Source of the DNA: Eledone cirrhosa
Taxonomy: Eukaryota
DNA length: 64,000 nucleotides
Assembly: GCA_964016885.1 (NCBI GenBank)
Contig: OZ024744.1
Coordinates: 62,558,001-62,622,000, forward strand
Direction: 5' to 3'
Position numbers and translations under genes: made by a program. Each line of letters begins with the position of its first letter. Within the stretch, counting starts at the first letter, position 1. This document shows, piece by piece, positions 1 to 13,315 of this stretch. The notes under the pieces were generated by a model that was not told the origin of the DNA, did not search any database, and saw nothing but the letters and a program-made list of their open reading frames with translations.

Positions 1-24
1 TGAAAACTGGTGGGAGGGCTTTAA

Positions 25-232
25 CCCTTTAGCATTTAAACTGGCCATATCCGGCCAGAATTCTCTCACCTCGTTCTGTTCAAACTGCCAATAACTGGCT
101 GCTTATACAAACGTTAAGGTATTATTTTTAAAATAAATAATATCATCATCAAAATCTGATAGATTTGATATTATGTGAGGTAAAGCCTTTACCACGAAAA
201 TACAATAGTAGAGTAATGTAAATGCTAAAGGG
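25..232. mobile_element. piggyBac-type MITE, family 1 (~210 bp); other copies at 29260-29466, 32212-34299 (split by an RTE), 36240-36458, 43083-43290 and 43707-43906 (inverted)
   Basis: TTAA|CCCTTTAGCATTTA...TAAATGCTAAAGGG|TTAA terminal inverted repeats with TTAA target-site duplication; the interiors of the six copies align. Confidence 0.88.
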
Positions 233-2071
233 TTAAAATAGCTTTCATTCTCATTCTAACAATAAAATCGTGTTTAGGGAAAACAAAAAAATATAAACAA
301 AACAAATTTTTTCTATTGAACCACAACATATATGATATGAGACTAAAATATAGAGAACTTCAGTACAAGAGAAAGTGAATAACAGTGCTGAGTGTGCAAG
401 AGCAAGTTAAAATAAAAAAAAGAAAAGGTGTAAAAGAGAAAATAGTTTTAATATATGTTAAAAAAGGTCAAAGTCTGCACCAAGACTGGAGGCTCATCAG
501 GCCAAAGCTTATCCTAGTTTCAGAGGTGTTAAGTAACTAAGAACACAAGACTCCCTCTGGACAAGATGATAGCCCACTGCAGAGTTAAATCCAAGCTGTA
601 GCTGGTACTCATTTTCAGTTGAGTAGACTGGAGTAATGCGAAGGGAAGTATCTTGTTTAAGAACACGATATACTGCTCTAACCAAGAATCAAACAACCTA
701 ATCTCTAGGCCATACATCTTCACATGAAATTATTAATATTATATATATATAAAGAATTTTCTTAATGATTATTTCAAAAATAAGACAGTTCCAGCTCTTT
801 TTGACACTAACCATTTTAGTTGCCTCTCACAGCACACAAGGAAACAGTGTAACTATTCTGTGTGTGTGTGTATATATATATAAATCATTATGATATTTCT
901 AATGAAATACAATCTATTTCAATGAATTCATGAAGAATGAAGAATTTTGGGCAATTTACTAAAATTATTCATTATTTCATTATTAAGTTAGTAACTTAAC
1001 ATATAATTACTTATATAAATTGTCAGAAGATTTTTAATTTACAGGAATCCTTTAAAGTGGGTGGGTTTGTTTCATAGAACCAGAATTTGTTTTGGCCAGG
1101 GTGGTATCAAAACGGTTAATAATGTTGCCTCTGATATTACTAACTCTTTACCACATCAGTTAAACTTTTAGGGGTACAAATCCTCTCTTTTCTTTGTCAC
1201 TCTTAATATCCATTTATCGATGGGTCTGCAACTCCTGGAGTTGTAGGGGTACTGTCATGGCATATGGCATGACTTAGATATTTAAACTGGGAGGAATTCA
1301 TTAATTTCTCCAAGAGAAAGAAAAGAGAAGAAGAATCAACCCCATTACTTGACTGGTAATTTATTTTATCAACCTCAAAAGGATGAATGGCAAAGTTGAC
1401 CTTGGTGAGATTTGAACTTGGAGCACAGAGAGTGGGAAGAAACACTGTAAAGTAAATTAAGCCATATTATGCTCTCAACCACTCATTGGACCTATGTCAG
1501 CTCAAACAACTTTGTTAATAATGCAATGATATAAACAAGCATTGAACACTATTTCCAATAGTAAAGGTAATGTTAATGAGATTTCTTACTTTCAAAAGAA
1601 AGATAATAGTTTATCTTGAGAGAGAGAAAGAGAGAGAGAGAGAGATAGGGAGAGAGCGAGGGGGGGGGGGGGCATTATTGCATTAAATGTAACTGAAAGA
1701 AAGAAAATCTTTTTTAATTAAGGATCGTAAAACAAGGAATACTACTGTGGTTATATATGGTTTATACTATTTATATACATTGATGTCAGGTCAATGTTGA
1801 GTGCTACTGATAACATGTAATCACAAGGTTGGGTCATTGGTGACTAAACCAGCAATCCCACCAAACCCAGGAGATTCAATAGTGTGTAAAAAAAAAAACA
1901 GGTTGACAGATCTTGTTAGTTATGGTTGGCAGTCTGTCTAGGAGAAAGATCACTGATTTCATAACTAAGGTAGATATGAATCCTTAGTCACCTTAGTGAA
2001 AACCTTTTAAGTGGCCAATGGTTTCATCCATGTGATGAAGGTGGTGGATAAGTTCAGTAGCCAGCTCCCTA

Positions 2072-2255
2072 ATAATTGTTTCTACTTTTGGCACAAGGCC
2101 AGCAATTACCCAGTACATTACTGGTACTTTATTTTATCGACCCCATAAGGATGAAAGGCAAAGTTAACCTCGGCGGGATTTGAACTCAGACCATAAAGGG
2201 ACGTAACTATGCTGGAAAGCATGGTGTCCGACCCTCTACTGATACTGCCAATTCA
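2072..2255 (-). mobile_element. tRNA-derived SINE, family A; other copies at ~1345-1450, 2985-3197, 5431-5617, 5655-5830, 8255-8440, 15540-15670, 22520-22650, 24172-24361, 31358-31560, 32028-32205(+), 39450-39570
   Basis: Pol III A box TGGCAGTATCGG, B box GAGTTCAAATC, shared central block GCCTTTCATCCTTACGGGGTCGATAAAATAAAGTACCAGT, and an (ATT)n tail. Confidence 0.88.
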
Positions 2256-3288
2256 CCTAAGCCAGCTCACTAATAATGGTCAGACAAGGATTCGGGACCA
2301 CCAGCATCATTATTTCATTTTTTTCCTAATGAGAATCATGAACATACAGCATCATATAGATGAGCATCGGTGCAATTGTCCATGGTGCTTAACCCTCAGC
2401 AATGAGAATAGGAAGAGACCAAAACCTATAAATAAATATATAGTTTTATTTGGGGAAGGTCATGTTGCGAATATTTCCAATAAAAACGTGCACTATTTGA
2501 TTTTCATTTGGAGTAAACATTGAGACCAGAAAGGAGGCACAGAGGAAAACAAATAGTCATAAATGAAGTCATAATGTGTGACGAAATAACTAACAATTAG
2601 ATAAGATAAGAAACTAATAATAAAATTGCAGTGAAAAATCAAATTTGTGCATTTTTATTGGCACTATTGACAACATGACCATCTCCAAATAGAACAATAT
2701 GTTTCAACACATGATTTCACATCAAGAATCTTGTAAAATAAATACATAAATGTATATATATAAATACATACATACACACATACAATAAATATTGGGCAAA
2801 TCTTAATATATTTTTTACCTAAATTAAAAAAAAAAAAGGTATATATATACACTTTAAACTCACACACACACACGAATACAAATACCTAACTAAACCTAAA
2901 AAGTAAAAGATATCAATAAATAATTTTTTTTTTTTTAATTATCCAGAGTCAGTTAGTACATAGAAGAAAATATAATAATAATAATGATTTCTTATATAGG
3001 CACAAGGCAGCAATTTTGGGGAGGGGAAAGTCGATTAAATCGACCCCAGTGCGTTCCTGGTACTTTATTTTATCGACTCCGTAAGGATGAAAGGCAAAGC
3101 TAACCTCAGCAGGAATTGAACTCAACGTAAAGGGCCGAAACTCTATGCTGCAAAGCATGGTGTCCGACACTCTACCGATACTATCAATCCACCGCCCGAT
3201 AATAATGATAATAATAAAATAATAATAATAGCATTTAAGTTGTGAAAACCCTAACAGTGTTCCGGTTGATGCAGTTATTATAGCTTAC

Positions 3289-3362
3289 CTTACAAACTCT
3301 GCCTTCTTTTCAATAAGTTTGCGAGGAGAGAAATTCACATTGATGATCCCAACATGGTTAGG
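3289..3362 (-). CDS. BCKDK: BCKDK coding exon 7 (PNHVGIINVNFSPRKLIEKKAEFVR, phase-2 end); the kinase-domain exons lie beyond the window start
   Basis: ccacag| acceptor and AG|gtaagc donor; 74 bp; matches PDFVGII...SPKKIIEK. I found no further exon in 1-3288. Confidence 0.92.
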
Positions 3363-4088
3363 CTGTGGAGAATGAGAACCTATAGGCAAAACGTGGGCAA
3401 CAGAATGGCAACAAAAAAAAATTTAAGAAAAAATAGAAAATAAAAAAAATAGTGGTTTTCTTTCTTTCTTCCTTGTTTGTTTTCTTTTACAGAAGAGAAG
3501 AAGAAATTCATACATTTCTTTTCCTTTTCCTCTAGAATCTACTTCTCTTGCGGAAATAAAATATGTTTTACTAAAATATAATTTCTATTATACAAAGCTA
3601 TTTAATTTAAAGTGTTTATATTTATTCTAAAATCCCCATTCATAATGAGAAATTCTTGATTATTTTCGAAATTATTTGGAAATCATAAGTAGTGGCTTTT
3701 GTTGGAAATATGGTAAAAGTGTTAATAAAAAAAGAAGAAAAAAATTGTTACATTTCATTTTCTCTTCCTCAAGAAAGTCTCACAGAAATAACAAAAATAA
3801 AATATATATGTAATGTAGACTTTTATATTTCCATTCACTCAAACTTTTCTCTAAAGTTCCCAAAATGGAGTAAATTATTTTGTTGTGAGGAAGAAAAAAA
3901 AAAAGTCTGTTTTGGCAGAACCATTCTCTCATACATTTCTCAAATATTTGTCTTAGAATACAAATATAGCTACTAAGTACTTGTTACTATCAAATAACTG
4001 AATAAATCAGTAACTTTACAAGTAGATAATCTTTCAAGTAGTTACTCACTTTTTAACTATACTAAGAATCTAGTTTGAAGAGAAAAGA

Positions 4089-4124
<36 letters not shown>

Positions 4125-5433
4125 GCAACGGAATCCAGGTACCAACAGGTGAGATGATAAAGGAAATTGACACTGAAGAAGGATACAAATATTTAGGTGT
4201 TCTGGAGGCTGATGACATCAAGAACAAAAAAATTAAGGAATTGATAAGATCTGAATACATAAGGAGAGTAAGGAACATATCAAAATCACATCTAAATAGT
4301 AGGAATGTCATAAGTGCAGTAAATTCCCGAGCTGTGTCTATTATTAGGTACAGTGCTGGAATTCTGAGATGGAATGTTGCTGAACAAAAAGAAATGGATA
4401 GGAAGACTAGGAAGCTATTGACTATCTACAACATGTTCGACAAGAGGAGTGATGTCGATAGACTCTACTTAAGGAGATCTGAAGGTGGAAGAGGTCTTAT
4501 CAGCATAGAGGACTGTGTTCAGATGGAGAAAAACAACCTACACAAATACGTGACTGATAGTAAGGAGCCAATGCTTAGAACTGTACTGAAGGAGAGGACA
4601 ATAGACCAGGGGATGTCCATGGAGGAAATAACAACAAGGAGGAAGAGTAACCTTCATGAAAAATCCCTTCATAGTACCTTCTTTAAGAAAACTGAATTTA
4701 GAGATCCACAGACATGGAACTGGTTAAAAAGAGACCTTAAACAAGCTACAGAAGGAATGCTAATGGCTGTGCAAGAGTAAGCCCTCAGAACGAAGAGGCT
4801 AGCCCACTGTGTAGGATGTGGAGAGAGAGGAGACTGTGGCTCACATTGTATCCGAGTGATGTGATAGGCAGGGTGATCCACTGGCATCTATGCAAAGTAA
4901 ACAATTTACCACATTCTGAGAAGTGGTATGAGCATAAGCCAGAGTCAGTGATAGAAAACGATCAGGTGAAGGTGCTATGGGATTTTAGGATACAGACAGA
5001 CAAGAAATTAGAACACAATAGGCCTGACCTGGTGGTTTTGGACAAAGAAAAAAGATTGTGCCTGATTGTAGATGTAACCTCCCCATTTGACACGAGAGTG
5101 CAAGAAAAGGAGAAGGAGAAAATTAACCGATACCAGGACATAAAGTGGGAGTTAAAAAGGATTTGGAACTGCCATGAAGTCAAGGTCGTCCCGATTGTCA
5201 TAGGCGCACTAGGTACTATCTCAAAGAGTTTCCAAGGATGGTTAAAGAAGATTAGTCCAGCCCCGCTTTTTGGAACACTTCAAAAGGCATGCTTGCTGGG
5301 AACAGCAAGAACCCTCCGATACGTCCTGAATATCTGAGGCTGCAGGTAGCGGCTTGATATTCATTTCAACAAACTTTCCAGTTAAATATCATCAATCACT
5401 GAGACTCAAAGAACAATAATATAATAATAATAA
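4125..5433 (+). mobile_element. 5'-truncated Dong/R4-clade non-LTR retrotransposon (RT thumb, disrupted CCHC knuckle, restriction-like endonuclease)
   Basis: ORFs 4154-4780 (YKYLG, RLYL.R..GGRGL) and 4816-5337 (RPDLV...IVDVT.P...KEKI.RY, PIVIGALG); frameshifted CRMCGE..ETVAHIVSEC; (AAT)n on both sides. Confidence 0.9.
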
Positions 5434-5617
5434 TTGTTTCTACTTTAGGCACAAGGCCAGCAATTACCCAGTGCATTACTGGTACTTTATTTTATCGACC
5501 CCGTAAGGATGAAAGGCAAAGTCAACCTCGGCGGGATTTGAACTCAGATCGTAAAGGGACGTAACTATGCTGGAAAGCTTGGCGTCAGACCCTCTACCGA
5601 TACTGCCAATCCACTGC

Positions 5618-5655
<38 letters not shown>

Positions 5656-6729
5656 GTTTCTAATTTTGGCCAACATTTTTTGGGGGGAGGGGAAGTCAAA
5701 TCAACCCAGTACTTGACTGGAACTAAATTTTATCAACTCCTGAAGGATCAAAGGCTAAGTCAATTGGCAGGATTTGAACTCAGAGCCGGAACATATGCTG
5801 CAAAGCATTTTGCCCAACTTCTGCAAATCCATCATTTTTTAATTAATAATGAGAAGATACAAAAAAGTATCTGAAAAAATAAAACTTAAAAAAAACAAAA
5901 AACACTTAAAAATTGCTTTGAGTAAAAAAAAAAATGTCCCTGTTAAATAATTAATTTTGAAGGATTAAATTGTATTAAATCCTGAAAAGTGAAATAATAA
6001 ATGTATATTCTAGTAAATACCAGTAAATTTCTCCTTGAAATTAAATTTATCTTATCGTGCACAAAAGAAATTAAAGAACAAAAGTCAATTCACACAGTCA
6101 TAACAAACATGTTTTTAGATTTCTGTAAGAAGACTTGTGATAAATATCAGTGAACAAATGCACATACATTACAGACATTAGATGTATTTTTAAAAAATTG
6201 AAAAAAAAAAAGTTATGAAAAGTATGAAGGAAAGAAAAGATAGGGGAGCCAGTTATAAATCAACACATCATCGTTTTATATCTATTTTCCATGCCGGCAA
6301 GGGTTTGACTGCCTGCATATTTATTTATTATATATATATACACATACACACACATACACATACATATAAACACATACACACACATATATATGCATGCACA
6401 CATGAACAGAGAATGTACCAAAATTCACCTAAGTATTTAAAAATGTAATAAGCATGCATATTTGACTTTGAAATACTTGTGAATTTTGGGAAATCCTGTA
6501 TATGTGCATGATTTTAAATGAAAAATAAAGTGTTTTAGAAACTGTTTAAAATTTTCTGCAATAGCCATATTCCTCCACTTTCCCCCACTACTTGGTAACT
6601 CTATTAACAAAACCCTTGCTATTATAATGAAAAAACATTTCCATTCATTAAATTATAAATTAATCCAATGATTAATTCATGAAGATCTGAACATGTGCAA
6701 AATGTTTGCAAAGATTGTTCCCATGGGTG

Positions 6730-7064
6730 CACAGTGACAAACAAAATGACAGAGATGGACATCAAAACTGTCTCTTCACCCTAACTACAGTCCATACCTT
6801 GCTCTATGTGACATTTGGTTGTTCCCCAAGCTGAAGGAGAACCTCAGGGATAGTCATCGTTTTGAAGACTTTAAGGTGAAGGTGGTTGTGACAAGGGTCC
6901 TGGACAGAAGGATTTCCATGGGGCCTTCACGAACTGGTTAGAGCACAACAAGTGCATTGGAGTTAGAGGATCCTACTTTGAAAGAGATTGGAGTTTTATA
7001 CTTATTTGAAATTAATAAATGTCTCCCCTGAATAAGTTTCAAAACTTCCTGAATGCACTTTGTA
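6730..7064 (+). mobile_element. Degenerate mariner transposase 3' end
   Basis: Translates LHPNYSPYLALCDIWLFPKLKENLR (HPPYSPDLAP.D motif) and ...KCIGVRGSYFE. Confidence 0.8.
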
Positions 7065-10000
7065 TACACACATACATATACTTAATATATATATATATAT
7101 CCCCAACATTTTCACCAAATCCTTCAAACCAATCCAATAAAATTCTGATAATATCATTGGAATATTATAATTGTTTTCTTCTTTTACCACACCGGGTAAA
7201 GTTGGATAATTAAACAAAATGAATGAGAGGGGGGTGGAGTGAAAATGGTCACTTAACTATAAATTATTGTGGCAAGATATTTAACTTTTAGCATCCTTTA
7301 ATGATTTAACAGAAAAATCTAAAAAGAGGTTGTTAATTCAAATATTTATAGTCTCTTTACTAGTAGAGAGACTGTGCTGAAAACTTGCAGTATTAGCGGA
7401 AACCAACAAAGTTAAGATAAAGTTACTGTCACTATCGTCCCTTGGCTGTCAATTATTAACAGCCTTTTCAACTCCTTATCCATCCACTTTTACTTGTTCT
7501 TCAAACCTATATTTTCAGTGTTAATTTTTCATTCTTCATTTCTTTTATTAGATTCAGCCAATCGACTGTGGCCATGCTAGGTCACTACTTTGAAGTTAAT
7601 CATATCAGCAGCTGGAAAGCCTCTTTCAGTGCGTCTCCCGCACCATCCTCCAGGAAAATGCCTTCTCTATTCTGTCCGCTTGTGTGGCCAGCATGTGGAC
7701 CTTCATTTGCTCATAATAGAGAGATTTGGGTAGAGCGGGAGAGACAGAGGCAGAGTTTGGTTTCTTTGTGTTCGGGCCTGGTGTATATGTATATATTTAT
7801 TTACTGCATCACACACTTCTTGTTAACATGCCTATTTGGTACTTATTTTATCAATCTTGTTTTTATTGAACTGTTGTGTGGTGCGTTTGTGTGTATCCTC
7901 TAAAACATAATTCTATAGTAATTTCAATTTTTTGAAGTACAAAAATAAGACAAATCCAAATTTAATACAAAAATTATTTGAATACTCATTAAAATTAAAC
8001 ACAGGAGTAGAATAAATAAACTAAAAAATTAATAAAAGCAAAAGAAGATGTCTATTGACATCCAACTTTTGAGTATACACTTCAAGTAAAAGAATAAACT
8101 TAAAATAACTAATAATAAAAAAGAATTTGTATTCTATTCAAACCTTTTCAACCACTAACAAACTAAAAAAACATTATATAAAGAACATTATTGAACATCT
8201 GTTTCCAACGTAAACTGTCTGTCTTTGAAAACCCAAGAAATCAATATCGAATTATTAGTTTCCAATACAGGCACAAAGCAGCAATTTTGAGAGAGGGTGA
8301 ACTAACGATTAAATCAATCTCAGCGCTTAACTATTGCTTTATCAACCCTGGAAGGACGAAAGACAATATTGACCTCAACGGGATTTGAATATAGAACAAA
8401 CACAATACAATGCTCCAACAATTCTTACTAATCGACTGCCTAAATTGATAAACAAAATGTGAGGGGTGTGTGTGTGGGGGGGGGGGGGGGGGGCTCTATC
8501 AATATATGAATTTAGCGTTATCTTCCATGACAACTTTCAAATCTAATAAAGATTCTAAGCTGTCATTTACTATATTAAACAAAGAAGGATCAAGGAGTAT
8601 AGGTAACTAATAAAAATAATAAATTACTGATGTGCCAGCAGCACTTGTTTTGGTTACGAAGCTGATATCATAGGACAATGCATGTTGTTACAGTTCACAC
8701 CTATGCAAGTTTAGCTGGTCTCCTACAGAGTTGCAACTCAGAGGAGGTTTATTTGGTATATAGTCATAGTGATAAGGGCCCTAGCCCTATCACACACACA
8801 CACACACACACATGTATGTTCTAACAGGCTTTGTTGGCCTCTAACAAGGAAGCATCTCATAGGAAGTTTCTTGAGTGACTTAATGTTAGGGCCCCAGTCA
8901 TATCAGGAAAAACACCATGAAGTGAAGCATCTTGCACAAGAACACAACACACAACCACAAGGTCCAGGAATCAAACCTACAACCTTATGAACATGAGTTC
9001 AATGCCCTAACCACTAGGTTACTGCATGTATGAACTAAATCAGATTATCAAGCAAATACCTATTACTAGAGATCTTAGTACCCCACCATCCATTTTGCTT
9101 CCCCATAGCATACTTAATAATGTACATTATAAAATTAAATGCTTCCCATGGTAAATATTACGATTATGTTGATAAATTTTATTTATACATTTTATTTATA
9201 CATTTTCATCATCATCATCATTGCCATTTTTCATCTGCATTTCCATGCTTGCATACAAAAATGATATCCATCATTTTAATGTCTGCTTTCCCTGCTAGCA
9301 AGGGTTCGACAGGTCTACATAGACCAAGTCAGTACTGAAGCGGGTCAACTAACCTCTCAGACAGGCTAGAGGTCTGTTATTTCACTTATGTACGGGCTCA
9401 CATTGTATCAAGTGTACATGGGAGGTTGTCATGTCTTTGACATAACTGAAGTGTTCTCCCTATCCCGATATTATTCATTAACAACATGAAATTGGAAGGA
9501 ATGATGAACAAATTTGCAAGTTTATTACAGAGACACAAATAGAAAATATTCAGTAAATGAAACAATTAATGAACTTTTACCAAAAAGAATAAAGTATATT
9601 CGATTTCTAATTTCAACAAAATAATTGTAATCTGCACATTGGAAAATTCATCTCTATAGAATTTCATTAAACAATATACATCATTAACTCTTAGTATCAT
9701 GTATTACACAAAATCATATGAGCAAGACATTCCTGAAATGTACAAAACAGCACTGACTGCATCACAAAGATTCTTTTTAAAAATGGAGATTTTACTTTTC
9801 ACAATGATCGATCAACTAGTAAAGATACTATAAATATAATCATTTGAATTAACAAACCCCAATTTTTATTTTTAAAGATATTTTCAGCTAAATCATCACA
9901 TATTAAGAATTAGGAAAGTTATGAAGAAACAGTAATTAATGTCATGTTTCATTGGTTCTTTGGCTTTCATACTTTTTTCAAATTAAGTCCAATGGTTTGA

Positions 10001-10468
10001 TGAATACAAACCAATTGAGTATCAATAGGCTTAAAAAGTATATATATCATTATCTATAAAAAGCAGATTGTGTGTGTGTGTGTGTGTTACTTATGCGAGC
10101 GACGACAGGAAAAGTGTGTGGTATACATACATTATTATATTTGTCTGTATTTTCGTTCTGCAACCATTATATTATGATATTTGTATCCAAATGATTTTAG
10201 ATGTATGTATTACCTGCTTGCCCGTCCCTCTTTTTCTCTTTCCCTGTCTCTCCCTCTCTCTCTCTTTAGATGCATGTGTGTGTGTGTGTGGTTTTCCTAA
10301 TCTGTCTCTCTAAGATGGTTGCCTTTTGATGTATGTATTACCTGCTTGTGTGTTGACCAAATTTGAAGGAGGTTATCCTTTTGAAATAAACATACATACG
10401 GCGCTCATCTCTATGTTGATATATGATATAAATAATGGGATTGATGAGTTAATATCTGTATACAACAA

Positions 10469-10760
10469 CTACAACGGTACGCGATGGGGCCCACCCAGAG
10501 CCCCGGCGGACAGAATGGAGAAGGCGTTTCCACGGAGGACGGCAAGGGAGATGCGCTGGAAAAGCCATTCCAACTCGTGGGGCTCACACCTGTGGCTGGC
10601 CAGCTCAGTGCCTATGGTGGTGAGTAAGGAGGTAGCCCTGGGGACGAGGACACCAGAAGTCTCCACTGCCAGGGCTACGACCGCAAACCTGTTGGAGAGC
10701 GACCAGTATTTGAGGAGTTTGGCCCCCCTCAACCCGACGTGCAGCAGAACCTGGGTATAT
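10469..10760 (-). mobile_element. CRE-like non-LTR retrotransposon 3' fragment (endonuclease C-terminus); related fragments at ~7620-7750(+), 41960-42130(+), 52450-52700(+)
   Basis: KY...ALAVETSG...WLFQRISLAVLRGNAFSIL matches the ET.G...QR.S.A..RGNA signature of CRE-clade endonucleases. Confidence 0.75.
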
Positions 10761-10779
10761 TGATATATTGAAGGTAGAT

Positions 10780-11360
10780 ACGGAAAATAAAAGAGTGTTG
10801 TCATATAGAGAGTGAAGAGAGACAGAGAGTAAAGCAGTTAAATTATAGAGAAGGTGAAAGAGGGAGAGAGAGGGTGAAAGAGAGCGACGACGTTCAGCTT
10901 TATAATATTAGAGAGTGAAGAGCAACAGAGAGAGTAAAGCAGTTAAATTATAGAGAGGAGGAATGATCTATTATAGAGAGAGGGAAGAGCGATGGAGATA
11001 GTAAAGCTAAGAAACAATAGGGAGGTGTGTAGGATACATACGTGTTGACCAAATGTACACACGACGCTCATCTCTACAGAAAGTAAAAGAGTATTGTCAT
11101 ATAGAGTGTGGAGACAGAGAGTAAAGCAGTTAAATTATAGAGAGGGTGAAAGAGGGAGAGGGAGAGATGACGCTCAGCTTTATAATATTTGAGAGTGAAG
11201 AGGGACAGAAAGAGTAAAGCAGTTAAATTATAGAGAGGGGGAATGATCTATTATAGAGAGAGGGAAGAGCGACGGAGAGAGTAAAGCTAAGAAACTATAG
11301 GGAGGTGTGTAGGATACATACATAATACATACACGACACTCAGCTTTATAATATTATAGA
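10780..11360. repeat. Tandem duplication (~285-bp unit) of a purine-rich sequence with internal subrepeats
   Basis: GAGAGTAAAGCAGTTAAATTATAGAGA occurs four times; 10780-11075 aligns with 11076-11360. Confidence 0.85.
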
Positions 11361-11369
11361 TATATATAT

Positions 11370-11785
11370 ACACACACACACACATGTATATGAACGTTAA
11401 GGCTGCAAAATCATAAGTAAAAAAGTAAATAAATATAACAAATACGTATGCATATACATATATATATACACGTGGCATAGACACTAGCGTATTAACACAG
11501 ACATGTACATACACAAACACAAGGGGAAAATAAAATAAAATAAAATAGAATAAAAATATAGATAAGTGGTCGGACAAAATGATACAAAAACGTCACACAC
11601 ACAAAGATAAACTTATACATAAATACAATCACATAGGCAAAACTACATATAGATACATGGGTGTATGTGTCCAGTGAAAGTATAAACATATGGAAGCATA
11701 CAAAAATACACATACAAGTGTACAAATAAATACAAACACACACACAGATAACCACATACATAAATACATATATACACACACATAA

Positions 11786-11819
<34 letters not shown>

Positions 11820-13135
11820 CAATCTCTCTTACTTTACCACAAACACTCTCTCTTATTTTAAACACAATTTTTACATATTCAACACTTATTTTATTTTACA
11901 CTCATATTATTCACTTATCAACTCCATAATTTCCTGAACACTATCTCTTATTTTAACCACACTGGCCCTTTACCACATAATTCCAACACTTTTATTTTAT
12001 ATTACACCTGGTTTATCCATTTCTTCATTTACGTTTACCTTGAACACTCTCTATTATTTTAACCACCCTGAACTTTTTTACATATTGAACACTTATTTTA
12101 TTTTATTTTACACTTATATTATTCACTTATTGACTTCATCTTTTCTTGAATATTCTCTCTTATTTAACAACTCTGGGCCTTTATCACATACTTTCAACAA
12201 CAAAATATTTTTATAGCTCTGTTCTATACATAAAGCACTCGTTTTTCCTTTGCTTTATCTTCGGAATTACCCAACACATATATTTTAATATATATATATA
12301 TATATGTAGGTAAGTTATTCCGGGTTGAATCGGAGGTAACCACAGTAAGTAAGGTACTCAATACATAGCAGAGTATAAAAGTTTTAATATAGATGAGATT
12401 CTACAGGACTAGAACTGTTTCATTCTTTAGAAATCTTCAGGAATCACAGTGATTCCTGATAATTTCTAAAGAATGAAACAGTTCTAGTCCTGTAGAATCT
12501 CATCTATATTAAAACTATATATATATTATACATAGAATATTTAAGTACCATGAGAGAGAAGAAGTTTAAAGGGATAAGCAATACATATAGTTAGTTGCCA
12601 AAAGATTGTGCATTTGTGCTCAATACTTGTGCCTACAGGGTTAAATATTGGAAGTGTTAATATTTAGTGGGCGAGAAAATAAGCAGAGCGGTTACAAATG
12701 AAAGGATTACAGAGGAGAATACATACTGTTAGAACATGTTTTCTGCGTGTGTGTGTGTGTTTGTATTTATTTGTACACTTGTATGTGTATTTTTGCATGC
12801 TTCCATATGTTTATACTTTCACTGGACACATACACCCATGTATCTATATGTAGTTTTGCCTATGTGATTGTATTTATGTATAAGTTTATCTTTGTGTGTG
12901 TGACGTTTTTGTATCATTTTGTCCGACCACTTATCTATATTTTTATTCTATTTTATTTTATTTTATCCTTGTATTTGTGTATGTACATGTCTGCAGACTA
13001 GTGTGTTAATACGCTGTGTCTATGCCACGTGTATGTATATATATATGTATGTGCATGCGTATTTGTTATATTTATTTACTTTTTTACTTATGATTTCACA
13101 GCCTCAACATTCATATACATGTGTGTGTGTGCGTG
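11370..13135. repeat. Long inverted repeat, arms ~11370-11745 and ~12747-13135
   Basis: The arms are reverse complements; ORFs 11492..11791(-) and 12747..13001(+) encode nearly identical peptides. Confidence 0.9.
12380..12516. repeat. Near-perfect 137-bp palindrome formed by two inverted PLE termini with hammerhead motifs
   Basis: Centre GAATCAC-A-GTGATTC; the minus arm reads CTGAAGA-tttctaaagaat-GAAAC-agttcta-GTC. Confidence 0.8.
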
Positions 13136-13282
13136 TGTGTATGTATATATATACACAAAACGCCAGCACCAACAGTTTTGCAAGAGATGTCAACATGAAT
13201 GGACCTATTGTTTTATCTAAAGACAATTTTTCCAATTCCATCCCACCCGTCCCCTTAATCTATTTTATTTTTCATTCTTTCT

Positions 13283-13315
13283 CTGATGAAGGACTAGAGT
13301 CCGAAACTTTAACAC
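13283..13315 (+). ncRNA. Minimal hammerhead ribozyme core in a PLE terminal remnant
   Basis: CTGATGA-a-GGAC-taga-GTCC-GAAAC; stem III is degenerate. Confidence 0.6.

Noticed and set aside
2072-5617. A/B-box sequences as tRNA genes
   Set aside because: They are SINE heads with no complete cloverleaf, followed by SINE bodies and tails.
10780-11360. Regularly recurring 27-mer as a CRISPR-like array
   Set aside because: The intervening sequences are themselves duplicated, the context is eukaryotic, and there are no cas genes.
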